Counted from the stretch's first letter, positions 52,271 to 62,616 are shown. The stretch: 64,000 nucleotides of DNA from an uncultured Ruficoccus sp. (GCA_965140785.1 OZ223481.1:96001-160000); one strand, 5' to 3'. The notes: generated from the sequence alone by a model not told the origin. Translations and numbers: made by a program.

Positions 52271-53440
52271 ATGAAAATCCTGTACCTGATCAGCTGCCTG
52301 CGAGGAATGAACTCCGGCGTCGGCGGACATAACTACTCGCTCATTACTATCGCAACGGCAATGGCCCGTTCGAACACAGTGAAAGTCGTACTCAACCACG
52401 ACATGGAATGCCCCGCCTTCAACACCTACCAGGGAACGCTCCTACACATCAGCCACCAGAGCCTGCGCGACGACATCAAGTCCCTGGTCGCGATCATCAG
52501 AGAAGAAAAACCGGACGCACTGCATTCCTTTGACCGAATATCCCATTGCATAGCAAAGGCAGCCAGTGCCCAAACCCAAACCCCGCTTGTCATCACCAAG
52601 CCCGGAGACATTCTCCCTCGCTATACCTATCCTCACGCCTACGACGTGACCGTGTTTACCCAGGCAGATGTCGATTTCTTCAAAAACCACCCATACTTCC
52701 GAAACGCACGCATTTCGAATATTCCAAACCGAACGACAAAACCGATCGTGAACGAAAAGCGTCTTTTAGCCCTCCAACCGTATGTCAAAGAGGGAGCGTT
52801 CAAGATCATGTTCATTTCGACCTTCAACAATAGAAAATTCAATACACACACAAAGTGTATTGAATTGATCAAACGCTTGAACCTGGAGGGTTTCAAAGCC
52901 CAAGGCATTTTTATCGGTAACATTAACGAACAAAGCGTCTATGATAAACTGCTCGCCAGCGCCGGAGAAAACTGCACCCTGCTTACCTCTGAGGAGTTCT
53001 TTGATAACGCTTCGGAATTTCTGGCCGGTGCGGATGCTGCGGTCACGATGGGGCGAAGCACTCAAGAGGCAGCCGCCTATGGAAAACCCATTTTATGCTG
53101 TGCCCATAACCTCGACATCCCATATCTCCTTAACGATTCGAATTTCGAGCACACAGCCTCTCATAACTTTACAAACCGTACTACCGTCGACATGAGCGGA
53201 TATGACGCCCTTGCCTCTATTTCTTCTCTCATTACCTCTCCGCAAGCCTACACCCAAGCCTGCGAATTCTCCAAACGCCAATTCGCCAAGTACTGGGATG
53301 TTGAAATGGCAGTTCCGAAATACTGTAATCTTTACGCTTCAGCACGCCCCGCGTGCAACCTCCCTCTGGAAAAATACCTACAGGCAACAGTTAAGCTACT
53401 TTACGATAAAGGGCGTAAGCTCTTCTCTAAATCTAGCTGA
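52271..53440 (+). CDS. GT-B glycosyltransferase
   Basis: MKILYLIS...GGH, KPDALHSF, ADAAVTMGRSTQEAAAYGKP; real start is ATG 52271, inside ORF 51545..53440. Confidence 0.78.
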   Translation: MKILYLISCLRGMNSGVGGHNYSLITIATAMARSNTVKVVLNHDMECPAFNTYQGTLLHISHQSLRDDIKSLVAIIREEKPDALHSFDRISHCIAKAASAQTQTPLVITKPGDILPRYTYPHAYDVTVFTQADVDFFKNHPYFRNARISNIPNRTTKPIVNEKRLLALQPYVKEGAFKIMFISTFNNRKFNTHTKCIELIKRLNLEGFKAQGIFIGNINEQSVYDKLLASAGENCTLLTSEEFFDNASEFLAGADAAVTMGRSTQEAAAYGKPILCCAHNLDIPYLLNDSNFEHTASHNFTNRTTVDMSGYDALASISSLITSPQAYTQACEFSKRQFAKYWDVEMAVPKYCNLYASARPACNLPLEKYLQATVKLLYDKGRKLFSKSS

Positions 53441-53481
53441 CACAAACACATTCCTTCTCACTCCTTTCACCAAATACATCT

Positions 53482-54084
53482 ATGGCCAGCACTAATCTCA
53501 GGGAATCCATCAGAGCAGATTTGCTGCGCTACCGCAAAAACACCGGCTGGAAGGCTTTCGGGTATGCCTACATCGTCTACCCCGGCTTTCGTGTCACATT
53601 CTGGTATCGGCTTGTCCATTATTGCCATCGCTCTCCGAAATGGCGGATATTCTCCAAAATCGGCACACTCTGGCTACTGCACCAACAGCACCGCACTGGG
53701 ATAGAGCTCAGCCATCAAACAGAGATAGGCCCGGGCGTCTATATCCCCCATGCTGGAGCAATTGTGATTAACGGGAAGTGTAAGATCGGCAGCAATCTCT
53801 ACCTCTCCCACGATGTGCTGCTTGGCAAAGCCCATGCCGGCCCCCGGCAAGGGGTGCCCACCGTCGGGGATGACGTTTATCTTGGGCCGGGTGCACGGCT
53901 ACTGGGTAAACTCCATGTGGGAGACAATGCCGCCATCGGGGCAAATGCAGTCGTTTTAAACGACATTCCTTCCGACAGCTTCGCCGTGGGCGCTCCGGCC
54001 AAAGTCGTTAAAAATACCGGAGCCCGGGGGTTACTCGGAATCGCAGAAGAACAGGCCACAGTCCAAACACCGACCAAGGGCTAA
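53482..54084 (+). CDS. Hexapeptide-repeat O-acetyltransferase (CysE/WcaB-like)
   Basis: IGPGVYIPH, PTVGDDVYLGPGA, IGANAVV, VGAPAK. Confidence 0.88.
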   Translation: MASTNLRESIRADLLRYRKNTGWKAFGYAYIVYPGFRVTFWYRLVHYCHRSPKWRIFSKIGTLWLLHQQHRTGIELSHQTEIGPGVYIPHAGAIVINGKCKIGSNLYLSHDVLLGKAHAGPRQGVPTVGDDVYLGPGARLLGKLHVGDNAAIGANAVVLNDIPSDSFAVGAPAKVVKNTGARGLLGIAEEQATVQTPTKG

Positions 54085-54129
54085 TTGACCCCTGCGGTCC
54101 TCATCGCAACTTCACCTTTCAGCCCATTC

Positions 54130-55506
54130 ATGAAATTAATCCCCTTTCCCTCGGAAAATAACGGAAGACTGCTACAGAAAGTGGCCTACTGGGTCCTGGT
54201 CGGCATGGCTATCGTCTCGCCATTAGGCCAGCTTACCCGATTCGGCCAATTCACGGGCGAAGGTGATGGCCAGGCCATGGGCGCTGTTACCATCCTGACC
54301 ATTTTGTACATCGGGCTTTCTATTATTAACGGCAGCATTATGGCTGCCATAAAAAAAACACCCCGCCGCCCTGCTCCTCTTCTGCTTCGCAGGATGGAGT
54401 TGCCTGGCAACCCTGGTGCAGGGGCTTCCGGTCATGTACGGGGTATACCCGGCCGCCCGCATGGTCAGTTATTATCTGGTCATGCTTGCCGTCTTCGGAA
54501 GCTTTTACTCCGAGCGTCAATTGCGATCGTCGCCCTGACGTTTTGTTTCTTCATGTCGATATGCTGTGTCATCAGTCTGGCCGACTATTTTGAATACATA
54601 AATCTAGAGCAGGTTAATGTCGTCGAGAATGCCTTCAAGACGGATGACATGAGAAACCTGAGAGTGGACAGCCTAACGGGGCCATTCTCCAGTCGGACAA
54701 TCTTCGCCAACCACATGGCCATAACCGTTACGATTGCAGTCTGGTATGTGCTGTTGAAAGGGAAGTCGATCATAGGCCTGAGTGCAGGCGTTGAGATGCT
54801 CGGCATTTTTGCGATCAGTGCCGTCATGTCCCAATCTCGAGGCCTGTATATGGCGATTCCGGTCGCTGTTTTATATATGGTGTATAAGCAGCGCAGCTTC
54901 TTGAGACTCATGCCAAAATTGCTCCTCGCTTCAGTCATATTCATAGCCGCAGCTACAGTTGTATTGTTAAATCATCCTGATTTGATGTTCGCGTTCGTGG
55001 AGCGCTTAAAAGGCCTCCTGCCATCGGAGTTCGCCTATAGCTCCTCAGGGCGATTCTCCATTTGGTCCAACCTCTTTAAGGAGCTTATGTCAAATCCGCA
55101 GGGGATTGGTTTTAAAGACGTCTATGTTGCAAACTGGGGGGTGATCGACACGCACAATGTCTATCTCAAAAACCTCAAACAGGCAGGCATCATCGGCATC
55201 GTCATGCTGACGATAGCATTCATCCCCTTGTTCAAGGTGTTATTTCGCCGAGAAATGGCTCCAACCGAGTCCGCCATCCAATCGGCTATCGTATGCTTGG
55301 GCATTTATGGACTGACGCATACCGTGGACTCCACCCTCTTTCTGTGGGTTTTCATTGGATTCGCACTGAGCCATTATTTCCGGCCGGTCAATCCCATGCA
55401 GATGCAGCCTAATCCACAGCCCCAGTTTCATCCCCACCCCCACTGGCCCGCCCCGCCCCATCGTCCACAACGGGCTCCCTTCCCCCCCACCGGACCTGCA
55501 CGGTAA
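54130..55506 (+). CDS. Wzy-like polysaccharide polymerase with an internal out-of-frame segment
   Basis: Multiple TMs, SQSRG, RFSIW, HNVYL...GIIG; 54359-54520 reads as TM helices only in the +1 frame. Confidence 0.75.
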   Translation: MKLIPFPSENNGRLLQKVAYWVLVGMAIVSPLGQLTRFGQFTGEGDGQAMGAVTILTILYIGLSIINGSIMAAIKKTPRRPAPLLLRRMELPGNPGAGASGHVRGIPGRPHGQLLSGHACRLRKLLLRASIAIVALTFCFFMSICCVISLADYFEYINLEQVNVVENAFKTDDMRNLRVDSLTGPFSSRTIFANHMAITVTIAVWYVLLKGKSIIGLSAGVEMLGIFAISAVMSQSRGLYMAIPVAVLYMVYKQRSFLRLMPKLLLASVIFIAAATVVLLNHPDLMFAFVERLKGLLPSEFAYSSSGRFSIWSNLFKELMSNPQGIGFKDVYVANWGVIDTHNVYLKNLKQAGIIGIVMLTIAFIPLFKVLFRREMAPTESAIQSAIVCLGIYGLTHTVDSTLFLWVFIGFALSHYFRPVNPMQMQPNPQPQFHPHPHWPAPPHRPQRAPFPPTGPAR

Positions 55507-55585
55507 AACTTCAATCATCATCCCACCCGGCTTTACGGCCCAGCCAGCTCCGGTGTGTCCCGTTTACAAACCAATATAAGCATCC

Positions 55586-56755
55586 ATGAAAAGACTGGCA
55601 AAGATTGTGGTAGTCGGTTTCGGCTCCATCGAAAAAGATAACGATGGCAACTGGCAGACGAAACAACCTATTGCCGAGTATATTAACGGCTTGGCCGAGG
55701 GAGCCGAAGAGGTCGTTTGGTTCATTAACCACAATCGGCTTAAAAACCAAAACCAACAGGCTACGATCAATTCTGACAAAATTCGCGTCAGGGCATATAA
55801 ATACAGCACCTGGAGCTGGTTCCGCATGATGCCTGGCGTGCTAAAAGAGAGCAAAGGTGCCGGTGTGATCCTGCACATGCCAACATCGACACACCTCTAT
55901 CCGTTATACAAGCTCATCAAAAGACGTTCGGTCGCGCTGGCAGTCTACATCGGGGACGACTATGAGGCGTACTGCAAAACCGGGACCGGCCTCACAGCCC
56001 TCAAGCGGCGGATGATACTGATGGCCCACCGCACATTGGTCAGTATCGCTGATCTGGTTGTGGCCAGAGGTAAGCACCTGGCATCGGTCGCGATGGAGCG
56101 CAACCGTAATGTCATTGAGACTGTGCCGCTCGCGCACATGCCGACTGAAGTCCAAACCAAGCCGCTTCCCACGGCGGGTGAACCTTTCAATATCCTCTGC
56201 GTAAGCAAGCTCGCCTGGTGCAAAGGCTTTAAAGAGTTCATCGACGCCTACGACCAGCTCGTACAGGAGGGACGGCACAAGCTTGGCAAACTGTACATCG
56301 TCGGAGACGACCTCGGAGGCAACAATATCGAGGGGGACGCCATCAGGGAATATGCCCGCACTAAAGCATGCTGTGATCACATCGTCTTTACCGGTTATTT
56401 GTACCTCGCGAGCGAACTGGAAAAGTACTGGCAGGCGTGCCCCCTGCTGGTGATGCCGACCTCCTCCCACAATGAAGGTGTCCCGCGCGTGATCGACGAA
56501 GCCCTAAGCCGCGGCCTGGGGATTGTCTCGACAACCATCGGTGGGGTGGGAGCCGAGTTCGCATCCAGCCCCGTCGTACTGGTGAAACCCGCCGATACCG
56601 GAGCGCTCCGCACCGGCATCGAACAGGTGCTCGATCACCCGGAAACGCTGGCCGACATTTCCGCCTATGCGAAAAGTCGCTTCGAGTTTTTCCAGCAGCA
56701 AGGCTCGCCCGGCAAGCAGCACTACCAAGCCCTTTCACAATGTATCAGAAAATAA
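55586..56755 (+). CDS. Glycosyltransferase family 4
   Basis: KGF, FTGY, EGVPRVIDEA, TTIGG. Confidence 0.85.
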   Translation: MKRLAKIVVVGFGSIEKDNDGNWQTKQPIAEYINGLAEGAEEVVWFINHNRLKNQNQQATINSDKIRVRAYKYSTWSWFRMMPGVLKESKGAGVILHMPTSTHLYPLYKLIKRRSVALAVYIGDDYEAYCKTGTGLTALKRRMILMAHRTLVSIADLVVARGKHLASVAMERNRNVIETVPLAHMPTEVQTKPLPTAGEPFNILCVSKLAWCKGFKEFIDAYDQLVQEGRHKLGKLYIVGDDLGGNNIEGDAIREYARTKACCDHIVFTGYLYLASELEKYWQACPLLVMPTSSHNEGVPRVIDEALSRGLGIVSTTIGGVGAEFASSPVVLVKPADTGALRTGIEQVLDHPETLADISAYAKSRFEFFQQQGSPGKQHYQALSQCIRK

Positions 56756-56863
56756 ACTTCACCTATTTACCAAGGAGGGGAGACAACCCCCAGGCCATCG
56801 ACTTCTAAACGAACTGTCGAGGCTCTATCCTGCCTCTCGCAGACCCCACGAAGCCACAATCTA

Positions 56864-57658
56864 ATGAAGACTGTCCAGAAATTGATCCAACATCCGGCAT
56901 GGACAGCCAAGAAGCTTTATCTCCATGGTCGATCCTTTTTGAACCTGAACAAAGATGACATCATACTGGCCGTTTTCCCGAAAACGGGCAGTACCTGGGT
57001 TCGGTTCTTCCTCTTCAATCTACTCTCGAGCGTCGAACAGCGCCAGGGCGAGATCAGCATCGACGAGATGAACCGTTTGATGCCCGAGATGGGGCACCCC
57101 TCCTTGTTTCGCGACTGGCCCTTTCGCTCGTGTCCACGCATCGTCAAAAACCACCATGCGGCCAATTTTATGACGCGCGGTCATCGTGTGATACTGATCC
57201 TGCGCGACCCCCGCGACGTCGTCGTGTCTTATTACCACTATGTCAATGGCGGCAAAAATGCTCCCGCTCAGGCCCAGACAATCAAGGACATCATCTACGA
57301 TCCGGAAAAAGGATTCGAAGGCTTTTTCAGGCAGTACTATTCCTGGCCGGAACAAGACCGTTTCTTACTGCGGTACGAAGACCTCAAAGCCGACCCTTTT
57401 GCCGAGTTCAGTCGCCTGGTGCATCACCTGAATATTCCGGCCAGCGAGGGGCAAATCCGGCAAGCTATCGCCAGTGCGGATTTTTCAGCCATGCGCAAAG
57501 CTCAGCAGCAAAGTAAATCCATGCGGGAGAGCTTCTCCGAGGGTTTCAATTTTGTCCGGTCCGGCGGCAGCGGTGAATGGAAAAACCTTTTCGAGGCCAA
57601 GGACATCGCCTATTGGGAGTCACTGAAAAATAAATACAATTTCAAGCTATATCCATGA
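56864..57658 (+). CDS. Sulfotransferase (Sulfotransfer_1-like)
   Basis: FPKTGSTW, LRDPRDVVVSYY, RYEDL, FVRSGGSGEWK. Confidence 0.9.
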   Translation: MKTVQKLIQHPAWTAKKLYLHGRSFLNLNKDDIILAVFPKTGSTWVRFFLFNLLSSVEQRQGEISIDEMNRLMPEMGHPSLFRDWPFRSCPRIVKNHHAANFMTRGHRVILILRDPRDVVVSYYHYVNGGKNAPAQAQTIKDIIYDPEKGFEGFFRQYYSWPEQDRFLLRYEDLKADPFAEFSRLVHHLNIPASEGQIRQAIASADFSAMRKAQQQSKSMRESFSEGFNFVRSGGSGEWKNLFEAKDIAYWESLKNKYNFKLYP

Positions 57659-57754
57659 TGCCACCCCTCCTCCCCCGTCAACGACAAGGCATCGATAACC
57701 CGTGCTTCCTTTAAGGCAGACAACCATCCCACCAACCCAGTCAGCACATCAGCC

Positions 57755-58894
57755 ATGGCCAAGACGCTCATTGCCATTTATACCCGAGGAAAAGGCATCA
57801 CTGGGCAATTGGTAGCCACACGCCTATTAGTAGACGCCTTGAAGAAAGAGGGCTGGAGCGTCCACGATTATCCCCTGCCGGCTCTTGACCGCGACTCCCC
57901 CCACCCCTGGTTCGCTTACTTCATTTATTTCCTCAAGCTTCTCCTGGCTTGGATGCGTCTGCCTTATTTCCTGCTCCTCCGACCGGACTTCATTCACTTG
58001 AATGCCGGTCAGTCACTGGTCGCCCTGATACGCGACTGGGTGCCGTTCCAGTCACTGGTCCGACTGACACGAGCTCGCGGCTACATTTCCATGCACGGAA
58101 GCATCGCCATGTCATGGCGTAAACAGGACCGCTGCACCCAGCTTCTCAACCGCCTCACCAGATCGGCCGAAGCGGTCACGGTGCTGGGCACCCAACTGCA
58201 ACAGCAATTGATCCACCTTGGGGTGCCCGAAGGCAAGATCGTCATCTTGCCCAATACCTGTGACATCCCCCCTCTGAGCGAAAATAGTATCCGCGCTAAA
58301 CAAAGCGTGCCGGACACGCACCGGATTCTTTTTATCAGCAACCTCATCGACGCCAAGGGCTACCCGGAGTTTCTGGAGGGCATGGAGCTACTCGCCCGGC
58401 AGACCACCCTTCCTCTTGAGATCAACCTTTGCGGACAGCTTTACCAGACCGAATACTCTGACCGATTTAAAACGGTGAATGACGCGCGCCAATGGATAGA
58501 ACAAAAGCTGCAGACCCTCAACAGCCTGCCGCACGCCTCAGCCCGTTGGCTCGAGGGAGTCGCCGGAGAGGAGAAAGAACATCTGCTGCACGCGGCCCAT
58601 TTGTTCGTTTTTCCCAGCCGCTACCCTGTCGAGGCCCAACCCATCGTCCTGCTGGAAGCGATGGCCAGCGGAGCCGCCATCATAACAAGCTCCATTGGAG
58701 AAATCCCTGAAACGGTCGGTAAATGCGCCCTGCTCCTGCAGGAAGTATCCGGGCAGACGGTTTACCATGCAACTCGCCGTCTGCTGGAAAACGGACAAGT
58801 GCGCCTAGATTACGCGCAGCGGGGAGCCGAACTTTTCCACCAGTTGTACAGTCAGAAACAGTACAAACAAAACTGGCTGCATCTTCTGTCCTAA
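57755..58894 (+). CDS. Glycosyltransferase family 4
   Basis: ILFISNLIDAKG, FVFPSRYPVEAQPIVLLEAMASG. Confidence 0.9.
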   Translation: MAKTLIAIYTRGKGITGQLVATRLLVDALKKEGWSVHDYPLPALDRDSPHPWFAYFIYFLKLLLAWMRLPYFLLLRPDFIHLNAGQSLVALIRDWVPFQSLVRLTRARGYISMHGSIAMSWRKQDRCTQLLNRLTRSAEAVTVLGTQLQQQLIHLGVPEGKIVILPNTCDIPPLSENSIRAKQSVPDTHRILFISNLIDAKGYPEFLEGMELLARQTTLPLEINLCGQLYQTEYSDRFKTVNDARQWIEQKLQTLNSLPHASARWLEGVAGEEKEHLLHAAHLFVFPSRYPVEAQPIVLLEAMASGAAIITSSIGEIPETVGKCALLLQEVSGQTVYHATRRLLENGQVRLDYAQRGAELFHQLYSQKQYKQNWLHLLS

Positions 58895-59088
58895 GCGGCG
58901 TTAAAAATGAAAAATGTATCCAAATTTTAATGACTGCCAGACTTTCACCTGGAGAAATACCGGCAAGAACACTGAAACGTAACATGTGGAGCCGCTTTTA
59001 GCTTTTCAGTCATCCGCCCCCAGCTACTATCAACGCCCGAATCATTTCCTAATTGCTGTCCGAGAGGGTCAGCCCGTCAGAGATCACA

Positions 59089-60261
59089 ATGGCCTCAGAT
59101 GTAAATAGTCATAACTCATCCGGCAACACCCTACGTATCTTGCTACATGGTCATTTAGGGCAAGGCAACCTCGGCGACGAAGCCATGTTGGCCGGTGTTT
59201 ACCAACTGCTTATAAAGAATATACCCGATATTCGCGTAAGCGTCATCGCCGGGCCCCATTCCCGGCTGGATTTCCTGCCCCCGGAGACAGTTTCCGTCCT
59301 TCCACGCACGCAGCGAGAACTTATGCGTGGAATTGCCTCAACGGACATCCTCATGATTGTCGGCGGCACGCATCTGGCCTCCTTCAAAAGCGATTTTCGT
59401 CACACCAAAGCCATCCTTCGCCAAGGTATGATTTTGGCCTACGCCCGGCTGCTTGGCAAAAAAGTCTTCATGGCCGGGGTTGGCATAGGCCCCTTTGAAA
59501 CCCGCTCCGGGGAAATGATGGCCGCCTGCGTGGCTCGCCTGTGCAACGCCATCACCGTCCGGGATGAGCGCTCCCTCTCCTGGCTGGCCTCCAGGAAAGC
59601 GCTCCACGCACGGGCCAGTAAATGCGTCGATCCGGCTTTCGCGCTAAACATCCCGTCCGCCTCGAAAACGGGTGACGCCCTGGGCATTTCGCTGATGCCC
59701 TACTTCGCCAACTATCACCCCGGCAGTGGCAAGGACCGGGAAATCGTCAGCCGCATGGTTGAACTCGCCTCCGCATGGTGGAAGCAAAAGCCCGCCGCGC
59801 CCGTCGTTCTTTTTCCGTTCCTGGAACAGCGCAGCATCTACTCCGACAGCGAAGTCATCACGCCTCTTTACGAGCAGTTGGCCCCACTCGGCCCGGTCCG
59901 CATTCACGACGCCAGCCAGAGGCTGGAAGAGCGCATTCGGGGCATCGGTGCCTGCACACATTTTATTTCTTTTCGCTATCATGCCATGCTCTTCGCCTTC
60001 ATGGCGGGCGTACCGCAGTTGGCCGTCGCCTACCATGATAAAAACCGCACCCTTGCCGGCGAATCGGGGCTGCCCGCCAAGGCGGTTTTTTCCGTCGATG
60101 ATTTACTAGCGGGAAAATTATCCGGCCCGGCAGAGGATTTCTTCTCCTCCCCCACGCAATGGGCGAGCACGGTTGATCCGTCGTTTTTTCAGGATCAGGC
60201 AGAAAATATCATCACCGGGCAGATGTACCAGACGATGCGCGGAAAGGCCCAACCAAAATGA
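59089..60261 (+). CDS. Polysaccharide pyruvyl transferase family protein (CsaB/WcaK-like)
   Basis: GHLGQGNLGDEAM, VGGT, GVGIGP, ITVRDERS, DPAF, RYHA, YHDK. Confidence 0.88.
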   Translation: MASDVNSHNSSGNTLRILLHGHLGQGNLGDEAMLAGVYQLLIKNIPDIRVSVIAGPHSRLDFLPPETVSVLPRTQRELMRGIASTDILMIVGGTHLASFKSDFRHTKAILRQGMILAYARLLGKKVFMAGVGIGPFETRSGEMMAACVARLCNAITVRDERSLSWLASRKALHARASKCVDPAFALNIPSASKTGDALGISLMPYFANYHPGSGKDREIVSRMVELASAWWKQKPAAPVVLFPFLEQRSIYSDSEVITPLYEQLAPLGPVRIHDASQRLEERIRGIGACTHFISFRYHAMLFAFMAGVPQLAVAYHDKNRTLAGESGLPAKAVFSVDDLLAGKLSGPAEDFFSSPTQWASTVDPSFFQDQAENIITGQMYQTMRGKAQPK

Positions 60262-61418
60262 AACTTCTCCACGTCATCCATGACAACCGTATCAGCGGAG
60301 TCGCCATGCGGGCCCTGACCGTAGCACCGCAGTTGCGGGCACAGGGCATCGAACCGATCTTCGTCGTGCCGGACGAGGCCGGCTCTGTCGATGAGAAGTG
60401 CCGCGAACTGGGGCTGCCAGTGCACCGTGCCTACATGCCACGTCCGACATTGAAGGCCCGTCACCTGCTGCGGGTGTTGGTGTGGCTGGTCGGGCTGCCC
60501 CGTACCGCGCTACAGTTGCGTCGCCTCATTCACCGCGAGCGTGCGGACTGCCTCCATGTCAACGGTCTGGTCAACGTCGGCCCCTGGCTGGCCGCCTGGC
60601 TCACCCGCAAGCCCATCGTCTGGCACCTGTGCGGGACCGACTACCCAAAGGCCCTGGTGCGGATATTGATTCCGCTCATCCGCCGCCGCAGCGAGATCAT
60701 TTACATTTCTCCCCAGGTCGGAAATTACTTCCTGGGAACAGGTGGCCGAAACTCTAACGAACACCTGCTCTTTGAGCCGGTGGACCTGGCGGTACTGGAG
60801 CGGCGAATGCGTCAGTCCGCCCCAGAAAGCCTGCGCGAGATTATTGGCGACAATGACAACGCCCCGGTCTGCCTCACCGTCGGCAACCTTTCACCCCGCA
60901 AGGGAGCCCACTACCTGATCGAGGCCATCGCGCTCATGAAGGATGCGGGACTGCGAATGAAGCTCGCCGTGGTGGGCGAGTCCCTGAGCGTCCATCTGGA
61001 CTACGAGCGCCAATTGCACCAGCGTATTCAGGAGCTCGGATTGACCGAACAGGTGTTTTTCCTCGGCCGACGGGACGATGTTCCTGCGCTCATGCAGCAA
61101 GCCGATGTCTTTGCCCTCGCCTCGAACTCGGAGGGCACTCCGCTGGTCATCATGGAGGCAATGGCCTTGTATCTTCCCGTTGTCGCCACCGCCGTCGGGG
61201 GCGTCCCAGATATGATTACTGACAATGAAAATGGTCTTCTGGTGGACAAGGGGAGTCCGACCCAGCTTCAGGCTGCGCTGAGTCGTCTGGTACAAGAATC
61301 CGGCTTGCGCGAACGCCTGACCCAAAAGGCCCGGCGCACCACAGAGGAGAAGTTCTCGCTCTCCACCCATGTCAAAGGCTTTGCAGCCATCATAAAAAGG
61401 GCAGCGACCGAAACCTGA
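60258..61418 (+). CDS. Glycosyltransferase family 4
   Basis: VGNLSPRKG, FLGRRDDV, EGTPLVIMEAMA, TAVGG. Confidence 0.92.
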   Translation: MKLLHVIHDNRISGVAMRALTVAPQLRAQGIEPIFVVPDEAGSVDEKCRELGLPVHRAYMPRPTLKARHLLRVLVWLVGLPRTALQLRRLIHRERADCLHVNGLVNVGPWLAAWLTRKPIVWHLCGTDYPKALVRILIPLIRRRSEIIYISPQVGNYFLGTGGRNSNEHLLFEPVDLAVLERRMRQSAPESLREIIGDNDNAPVCLTVGNLSPRKGAHYLIEAIALMKDAGLRMKLAVVGESLSVHLDYERQLHQRIQELGLTEQVFFLGRRDDVPALMQQADVFALASNSEGTPLVIMEAMALYLPVVATAVGGVPDMITDNENGLLVDKGSPTQLQAALSRLVQESGLRERLTQKARRTTEEKFSLSTHVKGFAAIIKRAATET

Positions 61419-61479
61419 AAAGATACCGTTAGCACGGCCTGCACGCTTAAGCCATGAGTAGTGGCTACCCGTAACCGCC

Positions 61480-62616
61480 CTACAATTCCTCGAACAGGCC
61501 GACCCAGCGCCGCATCAACGGGGCACTGGAGTACTTCTCCCTTCCGCATGCCTGGGCGCGTTGCTGGCAGGCACGAAGTTCCTCGGGATGTGTCAAGATG
61601 TGCTCCAGGGTTGTGCGCAGGCCGTCCACATCACCCGGTTCGACGAGCCAGCCGCATTTTTCGGTTTCTACAATTCGGGCCAGATCGCTGCCCTTGGGGG
61701 CCACGGCCAGCACGGCCTGCCCAGCCACCAGGGCACTGTAAGTCCGCCCTGGCATGAGAATGTGCTCGGCCCCATGGCCGACGTTGATCAGCGCGATGTC
61801 GGCGCGGCGCATGGCGTCCGTCCACTGCTCGTTGTTGAGGTAGCCGCCGAGCGTGACCCACTCCGGGGGCGGGCCCACCGCCTGGCGCAGGTCGGCGTAA
61901 CCCTTGCCGCTGGCGTGGATATTTAAAAGACAACGCGAAGCAATGATCTCCCCTGGCTCTTTAATCAGCCCGATAAAGCTGGAGGGGTCGTGCATATAAC
62001 CCATGTTGCCGCAGTAGAGGATTTCTATTCTTTTCTCGGCCGAAGACTCCTCCGTGCGATCCGGAAAAGGTACTTCGCTCGCTCCCACATCGATGATGAC
62101 CGGGTGGGCCACCTCAGGGTTCTTTGCCATGACGTAATCCTGAAGCGTCTGGCCGAGGAAGACGTTCGCGTCGCTCTTTCGCAGGGTCCAGCCTTGCAGC
62201 CGGTCGAGCACCCGTGTGAAGAAGCTGTCTTTCCTCAGCATACCGGCATGCACCAGAGACTCGGGGAAGAGGTCGTAAACCAGATGCACGATCCGGTGCC
62301 GGCGGCCCCGCAGGAGAATCGCCAGCGCGGGCACGTAGAACGTATTGGTCGAGAAAACCATGATGCACGGCTCGCGGTCAAAAAGCATCCGTGCCGCCAC
62401 GTACAGGGGATAGACCACGTACATTTTCAGGCGCAACCACAGGTGAGCGAGACGACCGCCGCCCTTGAGGCGCCCGTATTCGAGATTGGACATGAGGTAA
62501 CGCTGCCGGGCTTCCCACCCTTCGGCATTCATCAGCTCAAGAATGCGTGGCGTACAGCCGACGAATTGACAATTCGTCCAGAACTCAACGCGGGGCGGTG
62601 CAGTTTTCTTTCTCAT
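61480..62616 (-). CDS. Glycosyltransferase family 4 (WcaI/WbuB-like)
   Basis: VYDLFPE, LYCGNMG, MPGRTYSAL, GWLVEPGD. Confidence 0.85.
   Translation of the reverse strand: MRKKTAPPRVEFWTNCQFVGCTPRILELMNAEGWEARQRYLMSNLEYGRLKGGGRLAHLWLRLKMYVVYPLYVAARMLFDREPCIMVFSTNTFYVPALAILLRGRRHRIVHLVYDLFPESLVHAGMLRKDSFFTRVLDRLQGWTLRKSDANVFLGQTLQDYVMAKNPEVAHPVIIDVGASEVPFPDRTEESSAEKRIEILYCGNMGYMHDPSSFIGLIKEPGEIIASRCLLNIHASGKGYADLRQAVGPPPEWVTLGGYLNNEQWTDAMRRADIALINVGHGAEHILMPGRTYSALVAGQAVLAVAPKGSDLARIVETEKCGWLVEPGDVDGLRTTLEHILTHPEELRACQQRAQACGREKYSSAPLMRRWVGLFEEL

Noticed and set aside
55381..55506. Pro/Gln/His-rich tail of the Wzy-like protein as another frameshift
   Set aside because: It follows the last TM helix and no better alternative frame was evident; probably a disordered tail.
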